A stretch of DNA of 64,000 nt, from assembly GCA_964504715.1 (NCBI GenBank), contig CAZDEP010000002.1, forward strand, positions 21,434-85,433, in the 5' to 3' direction. Of the stretch, positions 27,615 to 37,600 are shown one piece after another (the stretch's first letter is position 1; the number at the start of each line of letters is the position of its first letter). The notes under the pieces were generated by a model. The model saw nothing but the letters and a program-made list of their open reading frames with translations, did not search any database and was not told the origin of the DNA. Both the position numbers and the translations under genes were made by a program. The DNA comes from an uncultured Candidatus Saccharibacteria bacterium (lineage in GTDB: Bacteria > Patescibacteriota > Doudnabacteria > UBA920).

Positions 27615-28124
27615 TCACTTTTTCTGCCCCTTTAGTATTTCCACTTCCTTAATTAAAAACTGGAGCTGCGACTCAATATTGTTTAAAACCACGTTAGCCG
27701 AGGTGGGCCCCTCGGGGGTAGCCGTATCTTCCGTGGAAATTTCGTCTATGTCCTCGGAAATGTCTTCCACATCTTCCTGCAGGCTGACTACGTCCTCGCC
27801 CAAATCTTCCACGTCTTCCTGAATTTCTCCGACGTCTTTTTGGATTTCTTCAATGTCTTCTTCCACGTCCTGCAAGCTTTGCGTGGTCCGGTTTACGCCC
27901 ATTTGTATGAATATGGCCAGATAAATCGCCTCCAGGGAAACCACGGTAGTCAATATCAAAAGAATGCGGTCCCAATCAATCCCTAAAAGCCCCAACCCGA
28001 ATGCAACAATAAAAAAGAAAGTATGGACCAGAATTGAAAAAGACGAACCTATCCAATCCATTGCCTTATACGGGATTTTTTTCAGGTACTTAAAATTAAA
28101 TTTAGGCAAATTGGTTGGGACCAT
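27615..28124 (-). CDS. small membrane protein with acidic coiled-coil tail (possibly DUF1003-like)
   Basis: Two TM segments, then DVEEDIEEIQKDVGEIQEDVEDLGEDVVSLQEDVEDISEDIDE. Confidence 0.4.
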   Translation of the reverse strand: MVPTNLPKFNFKYLKKIPYKAMDWIGSSFSILVHTFFFIVAFGLGLLGIDWDRILLILTTVVSLEAIYLAIFIQMGVNRTTQSLQDVEEDIEEIQKDVGEIQEDVEDLGEDVVSLQEDVEDISEDIDEISTEDTATPEGPTSANVVLNNIESQLQFLIKEVEILKGQKK

Positions 28125-28152
28125 ATTTTTTAAATTTTGAATGAAAGTATGT

Positions 28153-28180
28153 ATATTATAACATTCTTATGTTATAATAT
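28153..28180. promoter_or_regulatory. Perfect 12-bp-arm palindrome in a divergent promoter region (candidate operator overlapping -10-like TATAAT)
   Basis: atattataacat-tctt-atgttataatat. Confidence 0.35.
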
Positions 28181-28298
28181 ACAAACAATCTTAAAATGAA
28201 CTGAAACAAAATAATCATTTTTTCGTTTTAATAGAATAGTTAGGATAACCGGGCTTAATTTAGGTCGGGCTCGGCTAATATATAATTAAAAATATAAT

Positions 28299-28610
28299 AT
28301 GAATAAAAAAACCAAACTTCTTATAGCCTTAACCGGCATTTTGGCTGTGATAATAATAGCCCTGGTAATTAATGACAAAAACGCGCAGCAAAAACGAGCT
28401 GCCTTAAGCAGCCAAAGCCAAAATTCGGTTCAAACCGCTTTTAAACCCATCCCGGCTTACGAAAGCCTGGACGAAATTGTCGCCGGCATAAACTCCGACG
28501 TAAATTTAGATACGACTGTGGCCAACGAAAACGATGCCTCAGCTTCGTATGTTGGCCAATTGGATTCATCAATTAACTTAAACAACCTCTACAATGCAAG
28601 CGACTTCTAA
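28299..28610 (+). CDS. hypothetical small secreted/anchored protein (103 aa)
   Basis: N-terminal hydrophobic segment LLIALTGILAVIIIALVI. Confidence 0.4.
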   Translation: MNKKTKLLIALTGILAVIIIALVINDKNAQQKRAALSSQSQNSVQTAFKPIPAYESLDEIVAGINSDVNLDTTVANENDASASYVGQLDSSINLNNLYNASDF

Positions 28611-29481
28611 AATATATAAAGGATTGATGCTTTTAAGCGGATTGGCCATGGTGGCCGCCCCGCTTGTGGCCTCGGCCCGGGGTGACGAAAACGAACAGGA
28701 CCGCCCTCCCCGCCCCGAAATAAAACAGTCTCCCCGTCCCTCTTCCACCCCGGAAAGGCAAAAGCCGCCCCTGGCCACCAGCACCCGGGAAAATTCCGGC
28801 GAAATGAACTTCTGCTTGAGGTTGGAAAAAGGCCTGCCGGAAATAAAAAATAAGCTGGGCGAAAAAAAGCAGGAACTGACGGAAAAAAAGCAGGAACAGG
28901 TAAACAAGCTCCAGGAAAAAAGCCAGGAGAATGCAAAAAAACTGGAAGAATTTAGGGGTAAGGCCGACGACAGGCGCGAAATCCGCTATGACAAACTGGA
29001 TGAAATGGCCAAAACCGACGCCCAAAAGCAGGCGGTGGCCGAATTCAAAGCCACAGTGGAAGCGGCTATAAAAACCAGAAAGACGGCCGTGGATGCTGCT
29101 ATACAAACTTTCCAACAGGAAATAGAAAAACTTGCCAAACAAAGGCAGGCTGATTCGGAAAAAATAATGGCACAACTCAAATCCGCAATGGACAAAGCCA
29201 TGACGCAGGCCAAAGCGGATTGTGCGGCAGGCGTGGACCCCAAAACGGCCAAAACAAATTTTGAAACTGCGGTAAAGGCGGCGCAAAAAGCTTTTGAAGA
29301 CTCTAATAAGAGCATGAAAAACCTGGTGCCTGATCTGGAGAAACTCAAAAAAACCCGGGACGAGGCTATAAAAAAGGCAACTAAAGATTATGACGCAGCC
29401 TTAAAACAGGCTACCGCCAAACTAAAAGCGGCTTTCCCCCAGGAAAAGAGCCCTAAGGCAACGGGAACGCCTACCAGCTAA
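28594..29481 (+). CDS. secreted coiled-coil protein (295 aa), Lys/Ala/Glu-rich
   Basis: Signal-peptide-like LMLLSGLAMVAAPLVASA, then a Pro-rich linker and long heptad-like K/E/A repeats; the minus-strand ORFs opposite are shadow ORFs. Confidence 0.5.
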   Translation: MQATSKIYKGLMLLSGLAMVAAPLVASARGDENEQDRPPRPEIKQSPRPSSTPERQKPPLATSTRENSGEMNFCLRLEKGLPEIKNKLGEKKQELTEKKQEQVNKLQEKSQENAKKLEEFRGKADDRREIRYDKLDEMAKTDAQKQAVAEFKATVEAAIKTRKTAVDAAIQTFQQEIEKLAKQRQADSEKIMAQLKSAMDKAMTQAKADCAAGVDPKTAKTNFETAVKAAQKAFEDSNKSMKNLVPDLEKLKKTRDEAIKKATKDYDAALKQATAKLKAAFPQEKSPKATGTPTS

Positions 29482-29529
29482 AAGCTGATACCGCTCTGCA
29501 CGCTGTTACATAACTCAGGCTCCGCCGAC

Positions 29530-30861
29530 TTGTCGGCGGAGCCTGATGTCTTTATAATACAGTTAATGAAAAAATTCTATCTTGCCCTGTTTTTTTTCGG
29601 CAACCTGGCCGTAATTACCGCCATTTGGCTGAAAGGCTCAAGGGACCTGATTTTTAGCCATAGTTCCGCTTTTCTCCTGATTGCTTTCGGCCGCGTGGCA
29701 GGCCTATTTTTGGAGTACCTACTCCTGGTACAAATAGTGCTAATAGGCAGGATTACTTTTTTGGAAGATTTATTCGGCCATGACGGCTTGAACCGCATCC
29801 ACCGCTGGCTGGGATATTCGCTGGCTTCCCTCCTGCTTTTGCATCCGGTATTGTTAATTTTTGGCTACGGCAGAATCGGTGGGGTACATTTCATCCCGCA
29901 ATTTTTACTGTTTATTAAATCCTGGGAAGATATTTTAAATGCCGTACTGGCGGTAATTGTATTTCTGCTGGTGATTGGGTTTTCTGTATTCTTAAGAAAA
30001 AAGGTCCGCTACGAAACCTGGTACTTTGTTCACCTTTTGTCCTACGTGGGGATATTCTTGGCATTTGGTCACCAAACCGCAACTGCCGACGTAACCTCGG
30101 GCGGCCCATTTTTTTACTGGTATGCGCTTAATTTTGCCTTTGGGGGCGTGTTTTTAACCTACCGCTGGATCAGGCCTTTTTGGAACTTTTACCGCCACGG
30201 TTTTTTTGTGGAAAAAATCATCCGGGAAACCCCGGATATCTTTTCCGTATACATTGGCGGGAAAAACCTGGAAAACTTCAAATTCCGCGCCGGGCAGTTT
30301 GCCAACCTGAATTTCGTTCAAAAAAATCTCTGGTTTACCCATCCCTTTTCCTTCTCCTCCGCCCCCACGGGCAAACATTTGAGGTTCACGGTGAAAGCTC
30401 TGGGAGATTTTACTTCCAAAATCAACCAAATCCGACCTAAAACCAAAGTTATAATAGACGGGCCCCTAGGCGCCTTTGTGGCGCCGGGAAATAAAAATAA
30501 ATTTTTATTTTTGGCCGGCGGGGTGGGTATAACTCCCATTCGCGCGCTTATGGAAGACTTGGGCCGAAAAAATAAGGATCTGGCACTGGTCTACAGCGCC
30601 AAAACCAAAAACTCCCTGGCGTTTTTTGACGAATTAAATGCCATAAATTCCAAAAATTATTTTGCCCTGACCGGCGAACAGGCCGCGGGCTTTAGCTACG
30701 GCAGAATTGATGCGGAAAAAATAAAAAACTATGTGCCCGACTTTATGCAGAGGGAAATTTTTGTCTGCGGTCCGAAAAAAATGATGTCAGGAGTTATAAG
30801 TGTCTTAAATACTTTAAGCGTGCCTAAAAATCAAATCCACTCCGAGCGGTTTGAATATTAG
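29530..30861 (+). CDS. Ferric-reductase / NOX-like transmembrane flavocytochrome (FRE domain + FAD-binding + NAD-binding)
   Basis: His pairs in TM helices (HRWLGYSL...LLHPVL; HLLSYVGIFLAFGHQ), HPFSFSS (FAD site) and GGVGITP (NAD(P)H site); the likely true start is MKKFY at ~29563. Confidence 0.7.
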   Translation: MSAEPDVFIIQLMKKFYLALFFFGNLAVITAIWLKGSRDLIFSHSSAFLLIAFGRVAGLFLEYLLLVQIVLIGRITFLEDLFGHDGLNRIHRWLGYSLASLLLLHPVLLIFGYGRIGGVHFIPQFLLFIKSWEDILNAVLAVIVFLLVIGFSVFLRKKVRYETWYFVHLLSYVGIFLAFGHQTATADVTSGGPFFYWYALNFAFGGVFLTYRWIRPFWNFYRHGFFVEKIIRETPDIFSVYIGGKNLENFKFRAGQFANLNFVQKNLWFTHPFSFSSAPTGKHLRFTVKALGDFTSKINQIRPKTKVIIDGPLGAFVAPGNKNKFLFLAGGVGITPIRALMEDLGRKNKDLALVYSAKTKNSLAFFDELNAINSKNYFALTGEQAAGFSYGRIDAEKIKNYVPDFMQREIFVCGPKKMMSGVISVLNTLSVPKNQIHSERFEY

Positions 30862-30916
30862 ACGACAGGCATCCCCTTTTTTCTCCCAACAAAAAATTCC
30901 GATCAGATCGGGATTT

Positions 30917-30941
30917 TTTGTTGGGGCGGCTAACGGAAATT
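30917..30941. repeat. Direct duplicate of the tRNA-His 3' end (att-like repeat)
   Basis: ttggggcggctaacgg(a)aatt matches 31083..31102 inside/at the end of tRNA-His, 146 bp away. Confidence 0.45.
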
Positions 30942-31083
30942 TCCTCTCGCTCCGACTCGGGGGCCGGGGCGCTACACTCAAGAATGCTCCAAATAGTCGC
31001 ATTCTTATCTCGCGCCCTTCAATTCCCGCTTTACCCTTTCAATAAAGAAAGCGCCCAACCCATAAGGGTCAGGCGCATTCTTT

Positions 31084-31159
31084 TGGGGCGGCTAACGGGA
31101 ATTGAACCCGTGTTCCCGCTGCCACAGAGCGGTGTAATAACCACTATACCATAGCCGCC
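31084..31159 (-). tRNA. tRNA-His (anticodon GTG), no genomically encoded G-1
   Basis: Hand-folded: GGCGGCT...CCGCT/CTGTGGC/AGCGG...GGGTTCAATTCCC...AGCCGCC-C-CCA; position -1 is C. Confidence 0.75.
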
Positions 31160-31559
31160 GCGTCACAATGGCCTACGGGCTTTCATTTTGGCGCAAGCGC
31201 TAAAACTCTCGCCCTAAGACATTGTTCCTTTTCCCCAATTTTCATAGGCTGAAAATTGGGGGCCCCAGTTTCGGAGCTATTTTAACAAAAAAACTCTCGC
31301 ACAGAAGATGTGTAGAGTTTATCCAAACATATGCTGTGTCATATGTTTCCTTGCCGCAATTGTTTGCGACTTAGTAATTATAGGACATTTTCCCCTACTA
31401 GTCAACAAAAAGCCAAATTATTGACAAAATTTAATCAATTTTATTAAAAGTATCGGTAAAACGATATATTATGTGCTAGATGATACTTGATTGTCTAAAC
31501 GATATATTATTGTCTATCCGATACTTTTTAAAGCTTAAAAATAAGCTTTTTTTCTAATT

Positions 31560-31600
31560 TAAAAACTACCTTTGCTATGTGCAAAGATAGCTTAAAAGGT
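31560..31600 (-). terminator. Hairpin plus T-run downstream of the giant gene
   Basis: Minus-strand ctatctttgcacatagcaaaggtag followed by ttttt. Confidence 0.4.
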
Positions 31601-31616
31601 TTATTTACTCTTATTT

Positions 31617-34600
31617 CTATTCTACACCTACTGAAGCAGCTCCCAAGCCACTCTCCCCTGACGGTACAGGATCTTGGGGAGCGATATCATTTGTAGGCTG
31701 TTCGGCTGGAGGCATAGAAGGCTCTGGCGTAATTTCCTCAGGCGTGGTTTGGCTTTCTGGCACTACGATTTCGCTTTCTGGGGCCGGCTCTGTTTGCACG
31801 TCAGGCACAACTGACGCTTCTGTTGCTGGGGTTAGCGCAGCTTCCGCGGGCTGGCTGGGGGCTGATTCCTCCTGGCCTACCCCCTCCCCTGCCGAGGGCG
31901 TAACTTCAGCCGGCTGGTTTGTGCCGCTTTCAGTAAAGGGCAGTGTGAGCGTTATGCCCAACACCTGGCCATCACTGACCGTAAGTTTGGCTTCGGGCGA
32001 GGCAAAGGCATGGAAGTTAAAAGTTACGTCTTCGTCCTGCACATATTTAAGTTCGATAGTAAAGCCTTCGGCCGTGGTGCTGGCTATGCGGTAAGCGCCG
32101 CTTACAAAATCCAAAGGCGTGGCCGTAACTATGGGCTGGTATTCGTACGGTTTTGTAAACGTTACTTTTACTCTCTTTGAGCCGGCCAATATTTTAGCTT
32201 GTCCCACGCTGTCTTGGGAAAGATACACCTGTGTTTTAAAGACTATGGGCGCTTGCGGGTCTACATCACTGCCTGTGTTCTGCAGGTTAGACACCGTCTG
32301 TTGCAGGCTGTTTATTTTTTCATCCAATGCCTTTATGCCCACCAAAGCTACACCGGAAGGATCTATGGTGGAAATGGCAGTGTCGGACCCACCCAAGCCA
32401 AAGGATGCGTAAAAGTCCTGGGCTGTTGGGCCTAAGTGGGTTATGGATGCATCTTCCCGCTTATAGTTCCATTTGGCTATGGGTAAATTTACTATCTTTT
32501 CTAAAATAGATGCAGGCGTAACCGAAGCAAAATTTTCCTTCAAATTCCTGTCCGAAGCATTGGTCCACGTACCCCCCGCCGTCACATACGCCCCACTAGC
32601 CATAGTTAACGGGCCCAGTGTGGGAGTGGTTGTGCCAACGCCAACATTGCCGGTTCCTGTTAATATCTCTATTCCCCGTCCCGCAGTAGCGTCCGCCCAC
32701 AATTCCAAACTTTTACCTGCCGTCGCATAAACTGATGCGTCAGCTCCATTGGCTATTCCAGCTCCAGCCCCGCCACGACCTCCACCAAAGCCAACCGTAG
32801 CTGCAGCAGTGATACTACTGACAGATAAAGCATTAGAAAGATACAAATTCCTTGGCCTGTTAGCCCCACTTGCCCCAATATCCCAAGTGTTATCCGTGCC
32901 AAACAATAACGCTCCACGCATAGTAGTAGTTCCATTTACATCCAAAGTTGTCGCAGGACTCGTCGTCCCAATCCCAACGTTGCCGCTCTTTTCAATTAAC
33001 AATCTGACATTACCTCCAGCACCATTATTCTCATTCCCAATTATGAAATCACCGGTGTTGCTCCAGCCACCTTGTCCAATTACCCATGCATCGTTGGTAT
33101 CTGTACCAGCAACATCATCAAAGAATCCAATTTCAGATTCTCCTCCGGCAGCGGAAGGCGAAAATCTAGCAAGCCCATAATAAGAATCGGTGGATCCAGT
33201 TCCTGCAACGTGTAATTTATGCGAAGGCCCCGTCGTCCCGATGCCGACGTTGCCATTACTTAATATTGACATTACATCCGTAGCCGGAGCAACACCACTC
33301 GCCGAACCAACCTTAAACTCCAATGCTCCTCGCGTAGTAAGCCCGTCTGCAATCATCCAGTTCCTGTCCGAGACATTCCCGCTTCCGCTGTAAAAACTCA
33401 TTCTTGGCGATGAATCGTTATTGGTCGCGATTCTTAATTGCGCCGATGCCCCTTCCATATGCAACAACGTGGCCGGACTCGTCGTCCCAATCCCAACGTT
33501 GCCTGTTGATTGTTTTACTGTAAATGGAGTAGCTGCAGCAGAGTTGTCATACAGAGCAAAATCGCCTGCATTATTTAGACCAGAGTACATTGTCCATGTT
33601 TTTCCACCAGCTTTACCGTCTTTAAGTTGAATATAAGGAATATCGGCCGTAGAACCTTCTACTATAAAAGTTCCTCTAACCGACCCACCTCCAACATGAA
33701 GCAGCGCACTCGGACTCGTCGTCCCGATGCCGACGTTGCCGCCGCCTTCAATCGTCATTCTCATAACACTATTGGTACCAAACTGCAATGGGTAGTTTTG
33801 CCATACATTTATTGCGGCTGCATATGGTAACGACCCTGTACCAAATATCCCACCAGTACTTCTATCCAAACCAATTTGTAATTGGTTATTTCCATTAATC
33901 CATCTGGAAATTACATAATTGGTTGATGTGGTAGATTTTATTTGGGTATCTGCTGTAGGAGCTTGGATATCTAGAATCTTTGCCGGATCTGTCGTCCCAA
34001 TGCCAACGTTGCCTTGATTTGTTATGACCATTAAACTTGTCCCACTACTCGAGGCCACATTGAACGGATCAATCGTTCCTGAACCTTTTATATCCACCGT
34101 ATACGTAGGCGAACTATTGTTAAAACCAATTTTATTATTCCCATTTAAAATGGTTATGGCAGAACCACCATTTGCCCCCAAACCCAAAGTTTTGGGTCCA
34201 GTTGTTTGGAGATAGCCACCTGTAGTATCCACGTACAGTCCCACACTGGCCCCCGATGCTCTTGTGACCACCATCCCCCAACCATTTGCGGACAAATAAT
34301 TTTCCTGTAAATAATTTGGAGCCGTCGTCCCAATCCCCACATTCCCGCTCGGGGTGACGGTGAGGAGCGAGGTGCCGGTTGAGGAATTTACCTGGAAAGG
34401 ATTTAATGTGCCGGTGCCTTGGACTAAGAAGCTAACGGTGGAAGATGTGGCATTTACCCCGGAAACTGTACCGTTGTCTATTAGGGTACCAACAGTAAGT
34501 CCGGTGGATGATGCCCAGGTTGCCACATACCCCTTTACTCCCCCAGCCAAAGATCCGCCACTGGCTCCGCAGTCTATGCCGGCAGTTATTACATTACCGC

Positions 34601-37600
34601 TGTTGTCTACCCTCAAACACTGCATACCGCCGCCGGCTAAGGTAGGCAACAAAAGGGCGTTTATGGAAGTCTTGCCTGTGGCAGTATTTACATAGAATGT
34701 GGATGTTGATGATGTAGCAACATTTAAGTTTCCATACACATCCAACTTTGCTATTGGTGATGATGTGCCAATACCAACGTTGTCGGAAGCATTGACGACC
34801 AACCCTGAACCGGAATTCCCTGTCCGATTTAAAGTCATTAAGCCATAGGTATTGTCGTAAAACAAATATCCGCGAAGATTAGACCCCTGCGTAAACTGAA
34901 TTTGCGGCAGAGAAGTTGCGCCGCCGTCGATTCTCAGAGTAGTACTACCGCTGCTTGCCACATGCAATGCCGTTTGCGGACTCGTGGTGCCTATGCCAAC
35001 GTTGCCGTAATTTGTAATCCTCATTTTTTCGTCCGCAGCCGCTACTTGTTGGTACGCGCTACCGCCATTGGTTATGGTCAAAAACACTATGTCTCCGGTA
35101 CCGCCCGAACCGTTTGTCGCCTGGACTGCGCCAATAAACTGCTTTTGTGAAGTATCATTGCCTGAATACAGCCCTAAACGCATACCCACAAAATTCCCGG
35201 GCTGACCTGCAATATTATTTAACGTAAGTCCGTTTGTGACACTGTTTGAAGAGCCGTCCGCGTAAGTTATATATAGTTTGGAATTCGGCGCCAGGCCATT
35301 CCCCGTACCCACCGCTCCTATGCCAATATTTCCCGAAGGGAAAACTGTTAGCACATGCGCTCCGGTGGATGAAGAAATGGTAAACATATTACTGGACCCG
35401 CTGCCCTGAACATGCAAACTTGCAAGCGGTGTGCCCGTGCCAATACCCACGTTGCCGCTGGTACCCAAAACCGTTAAACGCGTGGTCGTGCCGTTGTTAG
35501 CCAAAATCGAAAGCGTTGAAGTCGCGCCTTGGCCTGCGCCTTCTTGGATGTTTAATGTTGTTACACCCGTAGCAGCGGTGCCGTCGTACACCAGCAACGT
35601 ACCGTTACCTATGGTTTGCGCCGCGCCCTGCCTGCCTATTACCACGGAATTCGGGGAAGACACGCTGCCATTTATGCCTATCATTTCCACTGTGCCACCG
35701 GAATTACCAATAAACAAATTGCTGGAATTTGCCCGCGCGAACAAATGCAAGCCCTGGGTTGTAAACTTTAATTCCGCACCGTTGCCAGCTTGGGATTTTA
35801 TATTTACCCCAACGTCGTTTGTGCTTTGTACGGTTAAGCCAGCAAAAGCCGAAGTGGTTACAATATGCAGCGTATCGCCCGGCGTGGAAGTGCCAATACC
35901 TACCCTGCTAGTGCCCGTATTTGCAAACAAAACAGATGTTGATGATGTAGCAACATTTAAGTTTCCATACACATCCAACTTAGCCAAAGGCGACGTGGTC
36001 CCAATGCCAACGTTGCCGAGTAAATATGAATTGCCAGTCCCTACACTTATTGTCCCGCCCGTAACCAAGTTGCCTGAACTGTCTACAACAAGTTGTGTGG
36101 ACGAACCGGCAGAGGTCGTAAGCGTTCCGGATGTCCCACCATAAGTTGACCAAGATGATGTGTATGGCGGAATTTGTCCTGCAATGATTCCGCTATACCA
36201 TTCAACACTAAGATTGCCCAAAACAGGAGTAATCCTCCAAGAAGGGTCACCATTATTCCACAAATACCAATTGCCACCGACCAATTTGTAATAATTGTAA
36301 TTATTGTATCTACCCGCATAAGTATAAGTCCCGGCCGGATTACCGCTTCCTGAAGTACAACCTGGACAACTAACAATAACCGGCAAAACCGAATTGGTCC
36401 CAATTGTAGCCGTCAACCCATTTATATCTCCAGCAGAACTTACCGTGAACTGATTATTATTCCCAACTGTTAACAATTGACTCGGACTCGTCGTCCCAAT
36501 ACCAACGTTGCCATCGTTTTTAATATACATCTGGGTCGCCGCTCCAGCATTTGTAGAGAAAAGAATATTACCACTGGCGCTCCTAATAACTAAGTCATCT
36601 TGAACAGACCCCAAAGATAAGTTATTCGCGCCGCCGGCAAGGCCTACCAAACCTTTATCCACGCCGGCATGCTTGAGGCCAAAGAACCCATTTGTAGAAG
36701 AATAATCAATGTAAGCGGTCGCCTGTGTACCGTAAATATGCAACAATCCGCTCGGCGCCGTGGTGCCAATGCCGATGTTGCCGGTATTACCTTGAATGGT
36801 CAGGCGCTCCTGTTCAGCACTGCCGGTCCAGGTTTTAAAACGCAAATACCAGTTGGTGCCGTCATACACATTGTAAATACCTCCCAGGTTCGCGCCGGTG
36901 GCGCTATATCTAAATCTTACCGCCTGCCCCGTTCCCGAGCTGGCCCCCCCATCGTTGTCCAAAATTAACCCTGTAACATTCCCATTACTTGCCTTATAAA
37001 CATGGAGAGCATCAAGTGGACTTGTCGTCCCAATTCCGACGTTGCCGGCAGAAGTAACGCGTAAATAGGAAGCGCCTGATGAAGACGCTATATCTAAAAT
37101 ATCTACCGTGGATGAAGCAACTACTGACAACGAAACTGACGGACTTGAAGTATTTATGCCAACCTTATTATAGGTATTACTTAAAAAGAGGGCTGGTGTG
37201 AATGCGGCGGTGTTTGAACCTTGGCCAATAGACAATCCTCCAACCGCATTGCCATTGTTACGAAGTTCTCCCAAATACCATTCGGGAATAGAACCGAGTC
37301 CAAATTGTATTTGTGCGGCACGGGTGTTAGAGGAACGGCTAATTAACATACCGGCGCCCCCCGCCGAACCTATGTTGTTAATAAAAACCGGAATTGTATC
37401 GGTGGTGGTACTGGCAGTCACATTAAACAAAGCGATTGGACTCGTAGTCCCAATGCCGACGTTACTACCTTTTAAAGTCATAACTGAAGTTCCACCTATT
37501 TGGAAATCCGTATACATAGTGCCCGCGCTTACGCCGCCGCCGCTGTTGGCCACATTTATTATTAAAGGTTTCTGGTTAGAAGTTGCGGAATTAGCCAGAA

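Noticed and set aside
28578-29348. Four minus-strand ORFs (109-217 aa) in the 28.6-29.3 kb region
   Set aside because: They are antisense to the lysine/alanine-rich coiled-coil gene, and their F/L/G-rich low-complexity translations are typical shadow ORFs.
31160-31616. ORF-free 457-bp AT-rich region between tRNA-His and the giant gene - considered as an rRNA fragment or known ncRNA (tmRNA, RNase P, 6S, SRP)
   Set aside because: No conserved motifs of those RNAs were recognisable by eye. It does contain several small palindromes and the acgatatattat direct repeat, so an unknown regulatory RNA is not excluded.
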